DNA of 64,000 bases. Source: Octopus vulgaris (Eukaryota). The stretch's first letter is position 1, and each line of letters starts with the position of its first letter. A model generated the notes under the pieces. It was not told where the DNA came from. It made no database searches and saw nothing but the letters and a program-made list of their open reading frames with translations. Positions 1 through 12,554 of this stretch are shown here, one piece after another. The stretch spans positions 48,050,001 through 48,114,000 of the forward strand of contig OX597837.1 in assembly GCA_951406725.2 (NCBI GenBank), in the 5' to 3' direction. A program made the position numbers and the translations under genes.

Positions 1-1119
1 TGGCAAACGGGTGTCAGGAAGGATGATAGGTATTACACAGTCGTTGGAGGGAAGGGGTTGTAGGGCGTGGTTGGCGAGGGTGAGGGAAGTGCGGGTGGGT
101 CGATGGGAGTAATTCTTAGTTAAAGTGTAGAGAAGGGGTCAGTCCAAAACACTCGGGTGTCTGGTTATTAAGGAGCAGCTTTCCCCCACCACCCCTACCT
201 CCGCCACCAACACCTCATCCCTCTCCCACAGACATTACAACCAGCACCTATGCTATAACAGTTCTTAGGGGACACCCGGATGTGCTAGACACAGCAGCCA
301 AATTTCCCTCAGAAATTTGCTGTGAGTAACGTGGAACTCGATTCCTTGTTAATGGGAAAACAGGATGGTCACGGCTGGAATGGTCATCATAGGTGTGCTC
401 CTAGGGCTAACAACAATAATAGAACCTGCTAGCTAGAAACAGCAGCCAAATTATCTTCATCGCATCCGTCTTTTTAAAACAAGTCTCAAATAACTGTCTT
501 CGATTATCGATCTGCTCGATAAGTATTGACAACAACAACAACACTGCCCGCTAGATATAGCAGCCAAATTTCCATCAAATCTCACTGTACAATCTCAATA
601 GAAGATCACGGCTGGAATTGGCTGACCTAGGGTTAAACAACAAAAACAAAACGAGGACTCTACCTCACACATACACACATTACTTGTCATTGATACACAC
701 TTTCTATGTGTGTATCTATACATATATATATATATACACACACACTCAACACGGAGTGCGAGACACGACTTAATGTTGACTTGGAACCACGAAACATTTA
801 AAGATTAATTAGAGACGAGAAATGAACAATAAACGGAACAGCTACCGGCTGAGCTTCCATTCTGGCTTAACTCCCTCCGTGAAATTGCCTTTAATTCATT
901 CATCAATTTATAAATTGTGTGTATGTGTGTAGTATATGGTCAGCGCGTTTTATGTGGTGTGTGTATGTGGATATGTGATTTTCGTAGTGCGTGCGTGTGT
1001 ATATGCATGCATGTACGTGTATGGCTGTGAGTGTGTGTAGCTGTCTTGGCGGTGGGGGATGTATGCGCGTGTGTTAATCAGTATGTGTATGAGTAAATGT
1101 GCGAGTGAAAATGCGCGTT

Positions 1120-1812
1120 TCGGTGGTGGTGGTGATGGTGGTGGCGGCGGCAGCGGTGGTGGTGGTGGCGGCGGCGGCAGCGGTGGTGGTGGTGGTGGCG
1201 GCAGCGGTGGTGGTGGCGGCGGCAGTGGTGGGGGTGTCGGTAACAGAATATTGTGGAAAGATAAAAAAAAAAAACGCCGTTCCAGCAAGTTGTCACTCCT
1301 CAAAGATGAAAGGAGGCCACTGTCCCACCCAGCTCACGCGACCATCCCACCTCTGGGTGGGTGGGCACACGTGCCGCATTGCCAAGCTGTTTTCAAGCAG
1401 AAACACTCCAAATAAACCAATCGACCAACGATCGAATTTCACCAACAGCCGTCGAGGGTTTTTTTTTTTCTATAGAGTTTAATAGCACAGTAATCGATCA
1501 TGTTGTTGGTGGTGGCGGTGGCGTAGAGGTGGTGGTGGTGGTGGTGGTGGTGGCGTAGAGGTGGTGGTGGTGGTGGTGGTGGTGGTGGTGGGGTGGTGGT
1601 GGTGGTGGTGGTGTGGGTGGTGGTGGTGGTGGTGGTGGTGTGGGTGGTGGTGGTGGTGGTGGTGGTGGCGTAGAGGTGGTGTGAGTGGTGGTGGTGGTGG
1701 TGGTGTGGGTGGTGGTGGTGGTGTGGTGGTGGTGGTGGTGGTGGCGTAGAGGTGGTTGTAGTGATGGTGGTGGTGGTGGTGGTGGTGGCGTAGAGGTGGT
1801 GGTGGTGGTGTG
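1120..1812 (+). repeat. (GGT/GGC)n trinucleotide arrays flanking a unique island
   Basis: Arrays at 1120-1240 and 1505-1812. The second is punctuated by GGCGTAGA units. Confidence 0.9.
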
Positions 1813-3680
1813 CTGTTGTTTTGGTTGTTATTCTTCTAATTGTTATTGTTTCTGCTGTTGATGTTGTTATTACTCTTATTGATTCGCTTCTTTCTGTTCC
1901 TTTATATTGATGTTGTTGTTGTTGTTGTCGTAGCTATTGATGTTATTTATCTCTGTTCTTGTTGTTATCTGCGTTCTCTATCTTTTGCCAAACATTGTAA
2001 ATGAAAGAAATACATTTAGATATTGATGTTTCGTTTTGTTTAACCTCGACAAATCGATACACATACATTGCCCATATGTAAATAATGTGGGTGTATATGT
2101 GCGCGCACACACACACACACACACACATGTAGGATTGTATACATGGATTATGTATGTATTTATGAATGTATATATTACCTCCTACTCTCTCTCTCTCTCT
2201 TTCTTTTTCTCTCTCTCTTTCTTTCTTTCTTTCTCTCCTGTCTTATGGCCTATGGCCATACACACACACACACACATACATATGTATGAATGTATGTACT
2301 TATGCTCGTATACACACACACGCGCGCGCGCAAGGGGTGGTGTCATAGTTTAGTGTTCAAAAACTATGTAGCATTTACAAAAAAAACATCGGAGAAAATA
2401 GAAGAAATTATTCAATATTAATGATTGACAACCAAAAAAATACTCAAAATATAAAGCAGCCGTTTCTTTAAAGGACACCAACACACAGATGTTGCTAGAT
2501 GTGACGACAGCGCGTTCATACTTATGACAGGCGCCATTTTGTTTCAAGAAATGAACAACGGTAAAAGTTTTTTAAAATTTTTCGTTCGTCGCCATCTTTT
2601 TATTTATTTATTTTTTTTTTGTACGCATTTTGATCGTTGGACTCGCGGCCATGCTGGAGGGCTACCTTCTAAACTAATGATTTCCAAATTGATTTTGTCA
2701 TGGAACCCTTTGACCATTTCCCCTCTCACTCCCACGCCCCAAAGTCTCAGAATCCAAATATACATTTTACGGACAACCACCCTCGCCTTAATTTTAACAG
2801 AACTTTTTAAATGAATAAAAAAGAAGTTATTCATATAAAAACAACTAAACCAATAATATTGAATAAGATTCAAAAGGTCATATTGTGGATGCCAGAACTT
2901 TCTCAAGGAACTCACTCGAGGACACTGTATAGTTTATTAGATTATACCCAATCCAGTACATACAGCTGAAAAATTGGCGGAATCAGTAGAGCATCGGACG
3001 AAATGTCATGTGGTATTTATCCTGTTCTTTGTGTATGTGCTGCTAATCCTGACATGGTCAGCATTCATCTTGCTGGGGCTGATAAATAGCATTGTAGGGC
3101 AGTGGAATGCCAGATGCTTTGCGTATATTAAAAATAAGTTTGCATTTAGAAACCAGAAGACTAAGCACTGATATTTTCATGCATATTTCTTTCTTATATT
3201 GTCTTCGTAATCCCTTACACCAAACTATCGTCTGCATTCGTTCAGAGTTCAAAGCGAATGCCGTAGTGGGTATGATAATGGGATCTGTTGGTGGAAGGAA
3301 GACACAATTTATATCAGTCTTACTACTTGACTGAAAGGATGCGAAGCAAAGTTTCCACCAGCCTCATTTGAACTCAGAACGTGAAGAATCGTAATTAGTG
3401 GTAATTTATCTCGCGCTCGTAACAAAGACAAGGTTTTGAAATGGAAGATGACGAGCTCTAATCCTTTGAATCTTCCATCGAGTACTCATCGATATTCAAC
3501 CTGTGATCACTCGGACATTGCTATTAGCAATTCACGCGCTACCTATCCCTAACTATCTTGTCGACGACACACTCTCCAAAGTGTACCTTGTCAACTATAC
3601 ATACCTCAAACTGTATAGATTGTATATCTTGCTGACTATACACACTCCAAATGGCTTTATAGAGTATATATATATATATA

Positions 3681-3721
<41 letters not shown>

Positions 3722-4321
3722 TCCGACACAGCTTAACTGTTAATACGCTACCGCTGTATCGACTTTCAGCTGTCGTTCTATGCCGCTGGTGACAGTTCTT
3801 TCTTGATTGCACCATTCTTTTCTACTTTGGCCCTCATCATTTAACTAAATCGTTTTCCTATTTCGTAGAGGGCCTTCTGTGAGGCCCTTTCCGATCTTTT
3901 GGATATTACTCGGTAACAGCCTGTTGTCTGTGAACTCTGCGGCATATCCGGTCCAGCTATAAATACCAATAATCTATTAATCTCTTTCTGTGGAAAGAAT
4001 ATGGATATTCGTTTCTTATAATCATCCGACAAGAGTCGATCTTAGTTTGCCTGTTCTTCGAGAGGTAAAAAGATTTGAACTACTTCAAATTCAAACAAAA
4101 CATACTACATTATACCCGCCCTTATGCAGTGCATCTAAATTCCAAATATCATAGGGATCCATTCAGTAATTTTGTTCATGAAATTGTATGAAATAGACAG
4201 CTTTACCCTTCTCCTTAGGCTTGGATTTTGTGTTTCAAGTTTCATTACGATCGGTGCAGCAGTTTTCGAATGTATAAGTAACATGCGAACACACATAAAG
4301 ACATTGACTTTTATATAATAC

Positions 4322-4352
<31 letters not shown>

Positions 4353-4879
4353 TACATGTATATATATATGCACATACATGTATATATGTGTGTGTGTGTG
4401 TATTATACACACACATACACACAGAAAAATAGATTGACAGATACAATTGAGTGGACAAACAAAAATATGAGACACTGCTTTGAAGAATTTTTTGTCGAAT
4501 GAATCGACCCCAATGCTTATTTTAAAAAATTTGATAAGCCTGGTACTTATTCTGTCAATCTCTTGTCAAATCAGTAAGTTATGGGGATGTAAATAAACCA
4601 ACAGCAGTTGTCAAGCAGTGATGAGGGAGAAACACAGACACAAAGACATACACTTACATATATACATACAATTGGTTTCTGTCTACGAAATCCACTCACA
4701 AGGTTTTGGTTGGTCTGAGGCTATAACAGAAGGTACATGCCAAGTTACCACTCAGTAGGACTGAACCCAGGACCATGTGTTTTGGAACCAAGTTTCTTAC
4801 CACGCAGCCGCACTTGCACCTATGTATGTATGTATGTATGTATGAATGTGTGTGTGTGTGTGTGTGTGTGTGTATGAAT

Positions 4880-5262
4880 GAATGAGAGTCAACGGCCATC
4901 CAATAAATGTCTTAAGGCTGTATCATGCGCGGGTACATAGAAATAATCGGACTGAATACCCGATCGCGCGGTTAAACCATTGGGAGTGAAGGACTCCTAG
5001 CCTTTGTTAGAGCATCCTTCTAGGAGAAGGTAACTCAGGTAACTGAGATACCTCCGACATAAAACCTGCGGTTCAGTGGTTACCGATGATGTTGACTTGT
5101 TCTTCTTTTCGGATTATGGCTGCTGTTGCTTAGTGTGTGGGATTGACTCAGTGCACAGCCTTTCCTCCCTTTAAAAAAAAATCTTCTTGCACAGGCATTG
5201 CACGATAACAACATTGATTAAGCTTCGTGCAATGGCCATACTCGATAACGAGGGGGAAGCCA

Positions 5263-5265
<3 letters not shown>
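4880..5265 (+). mobile_element. Short non-autonomous RTE derivative (5' UTR motif joined to 3' tail)
   Basis: Contains CTCCTAGCCTT..CTAGGAGAAGGTAACTC, like the motif at 47838-47873. Ends TGGCCATACTCGATAACGAGGGGGAAGCCACCA(TA)n, similar to the tail at 20086-20130. No ORF. Confidence 0.55.
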
Positions 5266-5304
<39 letters not shown>

Positions 5305-5399
5305 GTATGTATAAATATATGTATGCATGTATATATGTGTACATATATATACACACACATATATACCTACATATATACATATATATAAACATATGAATC

Positions 5400-5469
<70 letters not shown>

Positions 5470-5471
<2 letters not shown>

Positions 5472-5930
5472 ATACAAAAATGGGACAAGGACGCAAAAAA
5501 CGTCCAGATAGTTATGTGATATAAAAAAGGGGCAACAAAACATCCAGACAGACGATACAAAGGAAACAAAGACGGGTCATTCGCAGTTTTCTTTCCTCAG
5601 TCGAGTTCCAGATTATCTTTGCAATTTCGGCTGGTTATACTCGAGAATGCTCCAATCTGGCCAGCCTCAAGGGAAAACTAAGCTAAGAGCACTAGATTCC
5701 TTGAAAGAAAGCTAGATTCCTTGCCTCCTTCCAAGGAATCTAGTGCTCTTAGCTTAGTTTTCCCTTGAGGCTGGCCAGATTGGAGCATTCTCGAGTATAA
5801 CCAGCCGAAATTGCAAAGATAATCTGGAACTCGACTGAGGAAAGAAAACTCCGAAGGACCCGTCCTGGTTTTCTTTGTATCGTCTGTCTAGATGTTTTGC
5901 GTTCTTGTCCCAATTTTGTATTTTTTATAT
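5470..5930. repeat. Long inverted repeat (fold-back) of an interspersed repeat
   Basis: 5585-5703 is the exact reverse complement of 5732-5850, and the outer arms are imperfect. A single-copy relative lies at about 45280-45570. Confidence 0.95.
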
Positions 5931-6469
5931 ATAAAAATATAGCGGCGCACGTACACTTTGGTCTCTTATATATGTATGTATGTATGTATGTTAGTGTGTG
6001 TGTGTGTGTGTGTGTGCCTGTTAAAGTATCTGACATTGCAATAGAAAGATCTTATTGTTTCACTTTTGACTCGTAATACTGAAATAGTGGAAGAGATAAG
6101 AGATTGCTCTGTGCTCGCATTAAATAAGTTATGTGTAAAATTTGAATGAAATCGGTTGTGTAGTTCTCGAGTTTTAGGGATTCACACAGACAGACACACA
6201 TGCTCATCGTTATAGATTGCAAAATATTTTCTTTTGCTGAAAGTAGTTCAAATTCAAAAATTATTGATGCGCACTCCATACAAACAGGAGGTGTTTCTAC
6301 ACAAAAGTACTATTTGCGCAGTCCAGACAATCTCAGAAATACAATGGTAACAATAAAAATGAAAAAAAATGAAGGTCGAATAGATTACAAACACTTTTTC
6401 AACTTACGGAGCTCCAAATTTCTGTGACTTTACAGTATGACGGCCATAATAATAAAATAATAATAATAA

Positions 6470-6720
6470 TTATTATTATTATTATCTCTTTATTACCCAC
6501 AAGGGGTTAAACACAGAGGGGACAAACAAGGACAGATATCGACCCCAGTGCGTAACTGGTACTTAATTTATCGACCCCGAAAGGATGAAAGGCAAAGTCG
6601 ACCTCTCATCCTTTCGGGGTCGATAAATTAAGTACCAGTTACGCACTAGGGTCGATATCTGTCCTTGTTTGTCCCCTCTGTGTTTAGCCCCTTGTGGATA
6701 ATAAAAGAAATAATAATTGT
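6470..6720. repeat. Palindrome of two head-to-head 5'-truncated SINE copies
   Basis: 6497-6588 versus 6606-6697 show two mismatches in about 92 bp, with a 17-nt spacer. Confidence 0.95.
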
Positions 6721-6725
6721 TATTA

Positions 6726-6773
<48 letters not shown>

Positions 6774-7182
6774 TTATTAATAATAATAATAATATGAAGA
6801 AGAATGATAATGATAGCAAAGCAATAAACAAAATACAACAATAAAAACGAACCCTAAAATCCTTTATTGAAACTACTGTTTGAAGGAGGGGGGAGCTTGT
6901 GGGCCTAATGCTGTACATAGCGGAACACGTAATCTTCGTTCTTTGTTCAAGACCTAGTTGCGACTGGGTTTGGCAGAGAGATAATATCAATGATCTAATG
7001 ATGTCGCTCACACAACGAAATATTGCGACGCTGTTTCTATTGATGTTTCTCACCAGTCGAAGTATAACTGATCGATTTAATATTACCGACAACATTATTG
7101 GCAACAGAAACAGCTAATGTCTTGTCAGCTGATGTCGGCTGGGGTCAACGCATTCTTCACGTCGGGCTGAAGTTCAGCATCC

Positions 7183-7898
7183 CCAACCACATGGTTGCAG
7201 GTTCAGTCCCACTACGCGGCATCTTGAGCAAGTTTCTTCTACTATAGTCTCGGACCGACCGAACCCCTGTGAGAAGATTTTGTGGACGGAAACTGAAAGA
7301 AGCCTAAAGTATTTATGTGTGCGCACGCGTGTGTGTATTACTATCACTTGACAATGGTGTGTTTATCTCCCCGCAGCATAGCCGTTCGGCAAAAGAGACG
7401 ATAGAAAAAGTACAAGGCTAAAGGTGGGCTACAGCAAATATTCTGCTCAGTACCACAGATTTGCTTGTCAGTTGTTTGACCTTAACCAGTTGAGCATGTC
7501 CCTTAGTGGCTGACGATATGTGCATCTCTGATCACGAGCAGAAGTAGTGAGGGAGCATCATAGCCATGTGTTGAGAGGGATTCTTTGGGGTTTGAATAAT
7601 TCACCTCTGGAAACATGGGTGTTTCGTTCAACATCCTTAAACAACCCTTATTCAGGGACCTTTTGAGCGGGATGGGCTACTCAACCTGAAGAAAATTCTA
7701 ACTGGGCCCCACCTGCAAGGTCATGTGCTGTTTATCCTGATATGAGATCACCATGTCGCGCACATTTGGTTATGATGCATGTGCCTAGTGTACCCTTATC
7801 AGACGGGTAGTCATGATGGGTATATTGGGCTTCGTATATTTTACCCCAGTGTCACTTTGATGGCATGCACTGCTCTCTCACTCAATAATAATAATAAT

Positions 7899-7936
<38 letters not shown>

Positions 7937-8012
7937 CTTTGGTCGATTCCTCCGACTAAAAATTCTTCGAGGCGGAGCTTTAGCATGGTCTAATGACTGA
8001 AACAAGTAAAAA
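7183..8012 (+). mobile_element. OR2-like SINE split by a nested about 460-bp element with (AAT)n tail
   Basis: SINE head and body at 7183-7421 and tail at 7932-8012 flank an unrelated non-coding segment 7422-7883 that ends in (AAT)n (7884-7931). Confidence 0.65.
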
Positions 8013-9314
8013 GATAAATCTACGGCGATCAGTGAAGGTAAACGGTTTCGTGTGGTGAGTGACATACTTCAGATTTTGTTTCTGTTGTTGTTTAGCCACA
8101 GATCAATCTTGATTCAGTTGACTCATACATTTCCAGCTATGACCATCACGTCCTTAGTACCTATAACTACGTTTTCCATTTTATCTTTTCATTTCTCAAA
8201 GAAGTTGAGTAAGAGCTGATTACTATTTCTAGCAGGTCGAGCGAACACCATATAGAAGCTCCTTCACCGAAGTTTTCGTTAGCTGCGAATGTTGAGATTT
8301 GGTCTTTATGTCCTCCTAAACATAAGGCAATTTAGAGATGTTTTACATTGTTCTTTTATGCCGTTGGGTGCAGAATGCGAACCCAAACCCCAACTCCAAG
8401 TTTCATGAATTGCAAGGATTCCCCAGGTTCGTACATACTTCCATCTGGAAGGGAAGATATAAAACACATCTTCAATCACCCCACTTCTAGGACTGGTCGC
8501 TAGTCCCTCGCCAACGTCTATTGTGAAAAAAGAAAAACCCAGTGTTGAATTAAACTGCCTTCTCAGAGCCACAAGGAAATACTTGTCACCCAATCTCTGA
8601 TCTCAAAGTCGTCGACAGTACTTAATGCAGTCTGCCATTTTGTCCTGTGCGTATTTGAATAAACGAGATAACGATATTGGACTGATTTTGAGGGGGGTTT
8701 TTTCTTTTCTTTTTTTTTTTCAAATTTTTCACACTAGGTATCTAATATCTACTTTCTTCCCTGCTACACAATTATCTCAATTCATACCACCAACTTTGAC
8801 TTGGTTTAGCTCGGCTTGGTTTCACTAAACTTTTTCTCTACCCCTGTCAAGGACGGTAAAATAGGATGAAGTTTTGTTGTTAGATATGAAAAGAAAAGAA
8901 ATCGTTATTTAAGTAAGGGAAGAACTCAGCAAACGAAATTAAAGCAAACGCAATAGAAATTAATAAGTAAAATATATAAATAAACACCCTCTTTTCTATT
9001 CTATTCTATTGTTGAATGGGCTAAACGATAGGTCCATTACCTGTCACTTCCTTCGTCGAAAATAAGTTTTCTATGTATGTATTCATTAAGTGGGGAGGGA
9101 AATTCATTGAAAGCAGACGACATATTTAACCAAATGTCGAGCTTTGTTAAAATGCATAATAAGGAGGAGGGTAGGCTGGAAAGCCACAAAACACAAACGA
9201 AACAAAAAAACGGCCAGACAAGTAACTTTATCCGAAATCGAATTTCACAAGATAACCAAACTCATTATATCGACACCATATGTCGTCCTTTCCTTCACCA
9301 TATATACATATATA

Positions 9315-9361
<47 letters not shown>

Positions 9362-9714
9362 TTTTAGTTTGTTATTTCACTTTTTATCCCACAAAATAAA
9401 ATGAAGACGAACTACAAAAAAGGAAAAAGATAAACAAATTTACATTCACTGTGACAGTTCTGGGTTTTTTTTTATTTTTATCTTTCCTCCACTCATAACC
9501 TCAACTCTTCCTCGATACGATATCGGCGCCATTTTGTTTTGTTTTGCTTCTCTTCCCATTACCCCTACAACAATTCCTTTTTCCTTTAAGTCGATAATAA
9601 TATAAAGGATCTAACTCTCTATGAAAGCGTCAGCTGCTTGCCTCGATGCAAACACAATCCACCCCCTACAACCTCGAAAAAAGAAAAAGACAATCAATAA
9701 CAACCAAAATCGGG

Positions 9715-10138
9715 GCCGGTGGATTAGCAGAGTCAGTAGAGCATCAGACAAAATACATTGCTGTATTTATTCCTGGTTTTCTCGTTCTGAGTTCAAATCC
9801 TTCTCAAGCCAACTTTGCTTTTCATTTCCCTGGGGGTTGATCTAATCCATTAACGCTTTCTCCCTTAAAATCGCTGGCCTTGTGCCAAAATTTGAAACTG
9901 TTGTTGTTGTTGTTGCTACTGCTGCTAAAGCGACCAGCTGGCAGAATCGTTAACACGCTGGACGAAGTGTTTAGCGGCATTTCACTCGTCACTACGTTCT
10001 GTGCTCAAATTCCGCCGAGGTCGACTTTACCTGTCATTGTTTCGAGGTCTGTAAAATAAGTACCAGTTGAACACTGGGGTCGACCTAATCGATTCATCCC
10101 CTCCCCCAAAATGGCTGCCTTGTGGCAGAATTTGAAAC

Positions 10139-10208
<70 letters not shown>

Positions 10209-10441
10209 TTTATTTAAGGTGGCGAGTTAGAATCATTAGCACGCCGGGCGAAGTGCTTAGTGGTATTTCGTCCGTCGCTCTGTCCTGAGTTCAAATTCCG
10301 CCGAGGTTAGCTTTACCTTTCATCCTTTCGGGGTCGATAAATTAAGTACCAGTGAAACACTGGGGTCAATGTATTCGATTGGTCCCCTCTCCCAAGATTC
10401 CAGGCTTTGTGCCTATAGTAGAAAGGATTATTATTATTATT
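9715..10441 (+). mobile_element. Three tandem same-strand SINE copies of different ages, each with a (TTG)n or (TTA)n tail
   Basis: Copies at about 9715-9900, 9928-10140 and 10216-10428 share head and body with the SINE at 31587 but carry a different 3' end (GGC(C/T)TTGTGCC..). Confidence 0.82.
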
Positions 10442-10942
10442 ACATTCACGCACCTATCGCAAATAGATGCAGCATCTTAATTTTTTTTTCTGTTACTCTC
10501 TAACTTTAAATCTTCTCCTTCAAACACTCATACGTCGAAAACAACGGGAACGATCATCATCATTGTTGTTGTTGTTTGTAAGTGTATACATGTGCGGCTG
10601 TGTGTGTGTGTAGCAATATACTCTCTCATCAAACCGACGCCATATCCATGCCATATCCTAGCTGTGTATTCAAACAAGACAAACTCTTCGGCTAACATTG
10701 CTTGAAGACAAATAAGAATTTCCTTCCAGATAATGGAGACCGACTGCTGGGGAAGAGAAACACAAAAAGAAGAGAAAAAGCTTATATCAGTAACCGCTTA
10801 GTGAGACAACCTTTTACAACTTTTATTTCAAGACATCAAATTAATATCTGTGTCGAGATTAAATAGCCCTCCCTGTAAACACTACCACTGTAAAAAGAAA
10901 ATAAGAACTATATTGAAGTTGATGTGAAGCTATTCAACGTAG

Positions 10943-11379
10943 AGAGTAGAGAGGCAAGTTTTGTTTTGCGAATGTTTCAAAAAAAAAGATGGGTGAATGT
11001 AGCAAGGATGGCACGTATGAATGACGAAGCCACCTTGAGCATAATCCTATGAACACGGAAAAATTTAAAACAGAGGGTTACCTACTTTCAAACAAATGTG
11101 ATAACATGTAACATTATTGACCGAGGTCACCGTGGTCTTTTACGTAGGCTTTTCTTTCCACGGATAAACCTTATCTGCTTCCCCCTTTACACTTTACATC
11201 ATGACATTTCTGTGATACACGATCCCTATTGATCGTTTTTTCTTTTTCTTTTTTTTCCTTTCCCTTTTTTTTTTTCTTTCACTTTTACGATCCCATTTGA
11301 TCGAAAGTCTACCCAAGAAAAGCTCTACTTTGTAATCTGTCCCGTCTGTGTGCAGCCCTGTGTGGCCAATAAAGAAACA
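10943..11379 (+). mobile_element. 5'-truncated Tx1/L1-group LINE 3' end with target-site duplication
   Basis: RVERQVL..WVNVARM.. stop, homologous to 13070-13130, then a 3' UTR ending AATAAAGAAA. Flanked by TATT(C/T)AACGTAG at 10931-10942 and 11380-11391. Confidence 0.7.
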
Positions 11380-11883
11380 TATTTAACGTAGGGATCATTG
11401 AGCAGAAAACAGAGAATATTTAATGCAGTCAACGGATTGAAAACAATAATCAAAGAAAAGTTGATATTATCTCATTTATTTCTGCAAGTTCAGTGGGAAA
11501 ACTGAAGATGTTCAGTTTTATTATTTACTCAGCAGAAGTATAAAGTCCACTATAGTTGCCGCAGTGGTAATGAAAGAATCGCCAAATCAATGTACATTTG
11601 TTGCCGGTGGAAAGAAAAACTAGAATTGGTAAAAAAAAAAAAGAGTAATGAATTAATGAAACAAAGTTTAATTGAAACATTTTGATTGAATTTCAAAAGT
11701 TGTTCGTCAGAATAAAGATACTCTGCAGATTACTCTGAAAAGAGACAACTGGGTAACTATATACCAGTGAAAAGCGGTGTGGTGGTGGGAACCAACACCG
11801 TCCCAAAATGTGTGTAAAGAAAAAAACATTTTAATACAAAAGAATGCTTTAGCGTAGAAATTAAAAAGAAAACTCTTATAAGC

Positions 11884-11963
<80 letters not shown>

Positions 11964-12481
11964 GTATATGTATAGTGCGCGTGCGTGTATATATAATATA
12001 GGAAAACCAACAAGAACTGCAATAAAAGAATAAAAATTATAAAAGAAAAACAATTTAAAGAAACCCTGGATCACCTTTGAGATGTATTGATCTCTCCTTG
12101 ATTCGGCGTGTAGGGGCGGGGTGTGGGGTTTGTTTTACGAAATGACTGATGTACTGTGTAAGTAAAGAAACGTTTGTATTGTTTTTGTTTCTGTCAGTTG
12201 TTATTTCCAGTTTTGATATCGATACCATTTTCATTTTATTCAATTATTTTCTTAAAATTCTTTTTTTCCTTCTTTTTTGCTTAAATGCTCGTCGGTTTCC
12301 GTTATTTTCCGCTCATCTCTCTTCGCATCGCTTCGACTCGTTTCGTTTCGCCCGTTAGCTATAAGTTCGTTTTCATCCTCGTTTTGAACACACTAATCGG
12401 ATTTCGTCGTCTTTTGCTTTCATTAATCTTTCGCATCTGTTTGAGGTTTTCTTTCTTTTTTTTTCCTTTTTTTCCTTTCTT

Positions 12482-12521
<40 letters not shown>

Positions 12522-12554
12522 ATCTTTCTTTTCTTTGTTTTTTTTTTTATTATA

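Noticed and set aside
220-640. Three spaced GCTAGA..AGCAGCCAAATT repeats that look superficially CRISPR-like
   Set aside because: Spacing is irregular, the context is eukaryotic, there are no cas genes, and reverse copies occur elsewhere (about 8090-8250 and 62930-63090). This is a decayed interspersed repeat.
950-1749. Gly-, Pro-, His-, Val- and Trp-rich ORFs
   Set aside because: They are products of (GGT/GGC)n repeats, with no recognisable domain or splice support.
4890-5060. HDV-like ribozyme expected at RTE 5' ends (also about 47770-47900)
   Set aside because: I could not fit the P1/P1.1/P3 nested double pseudoknot or the catalytic C strand by eye.
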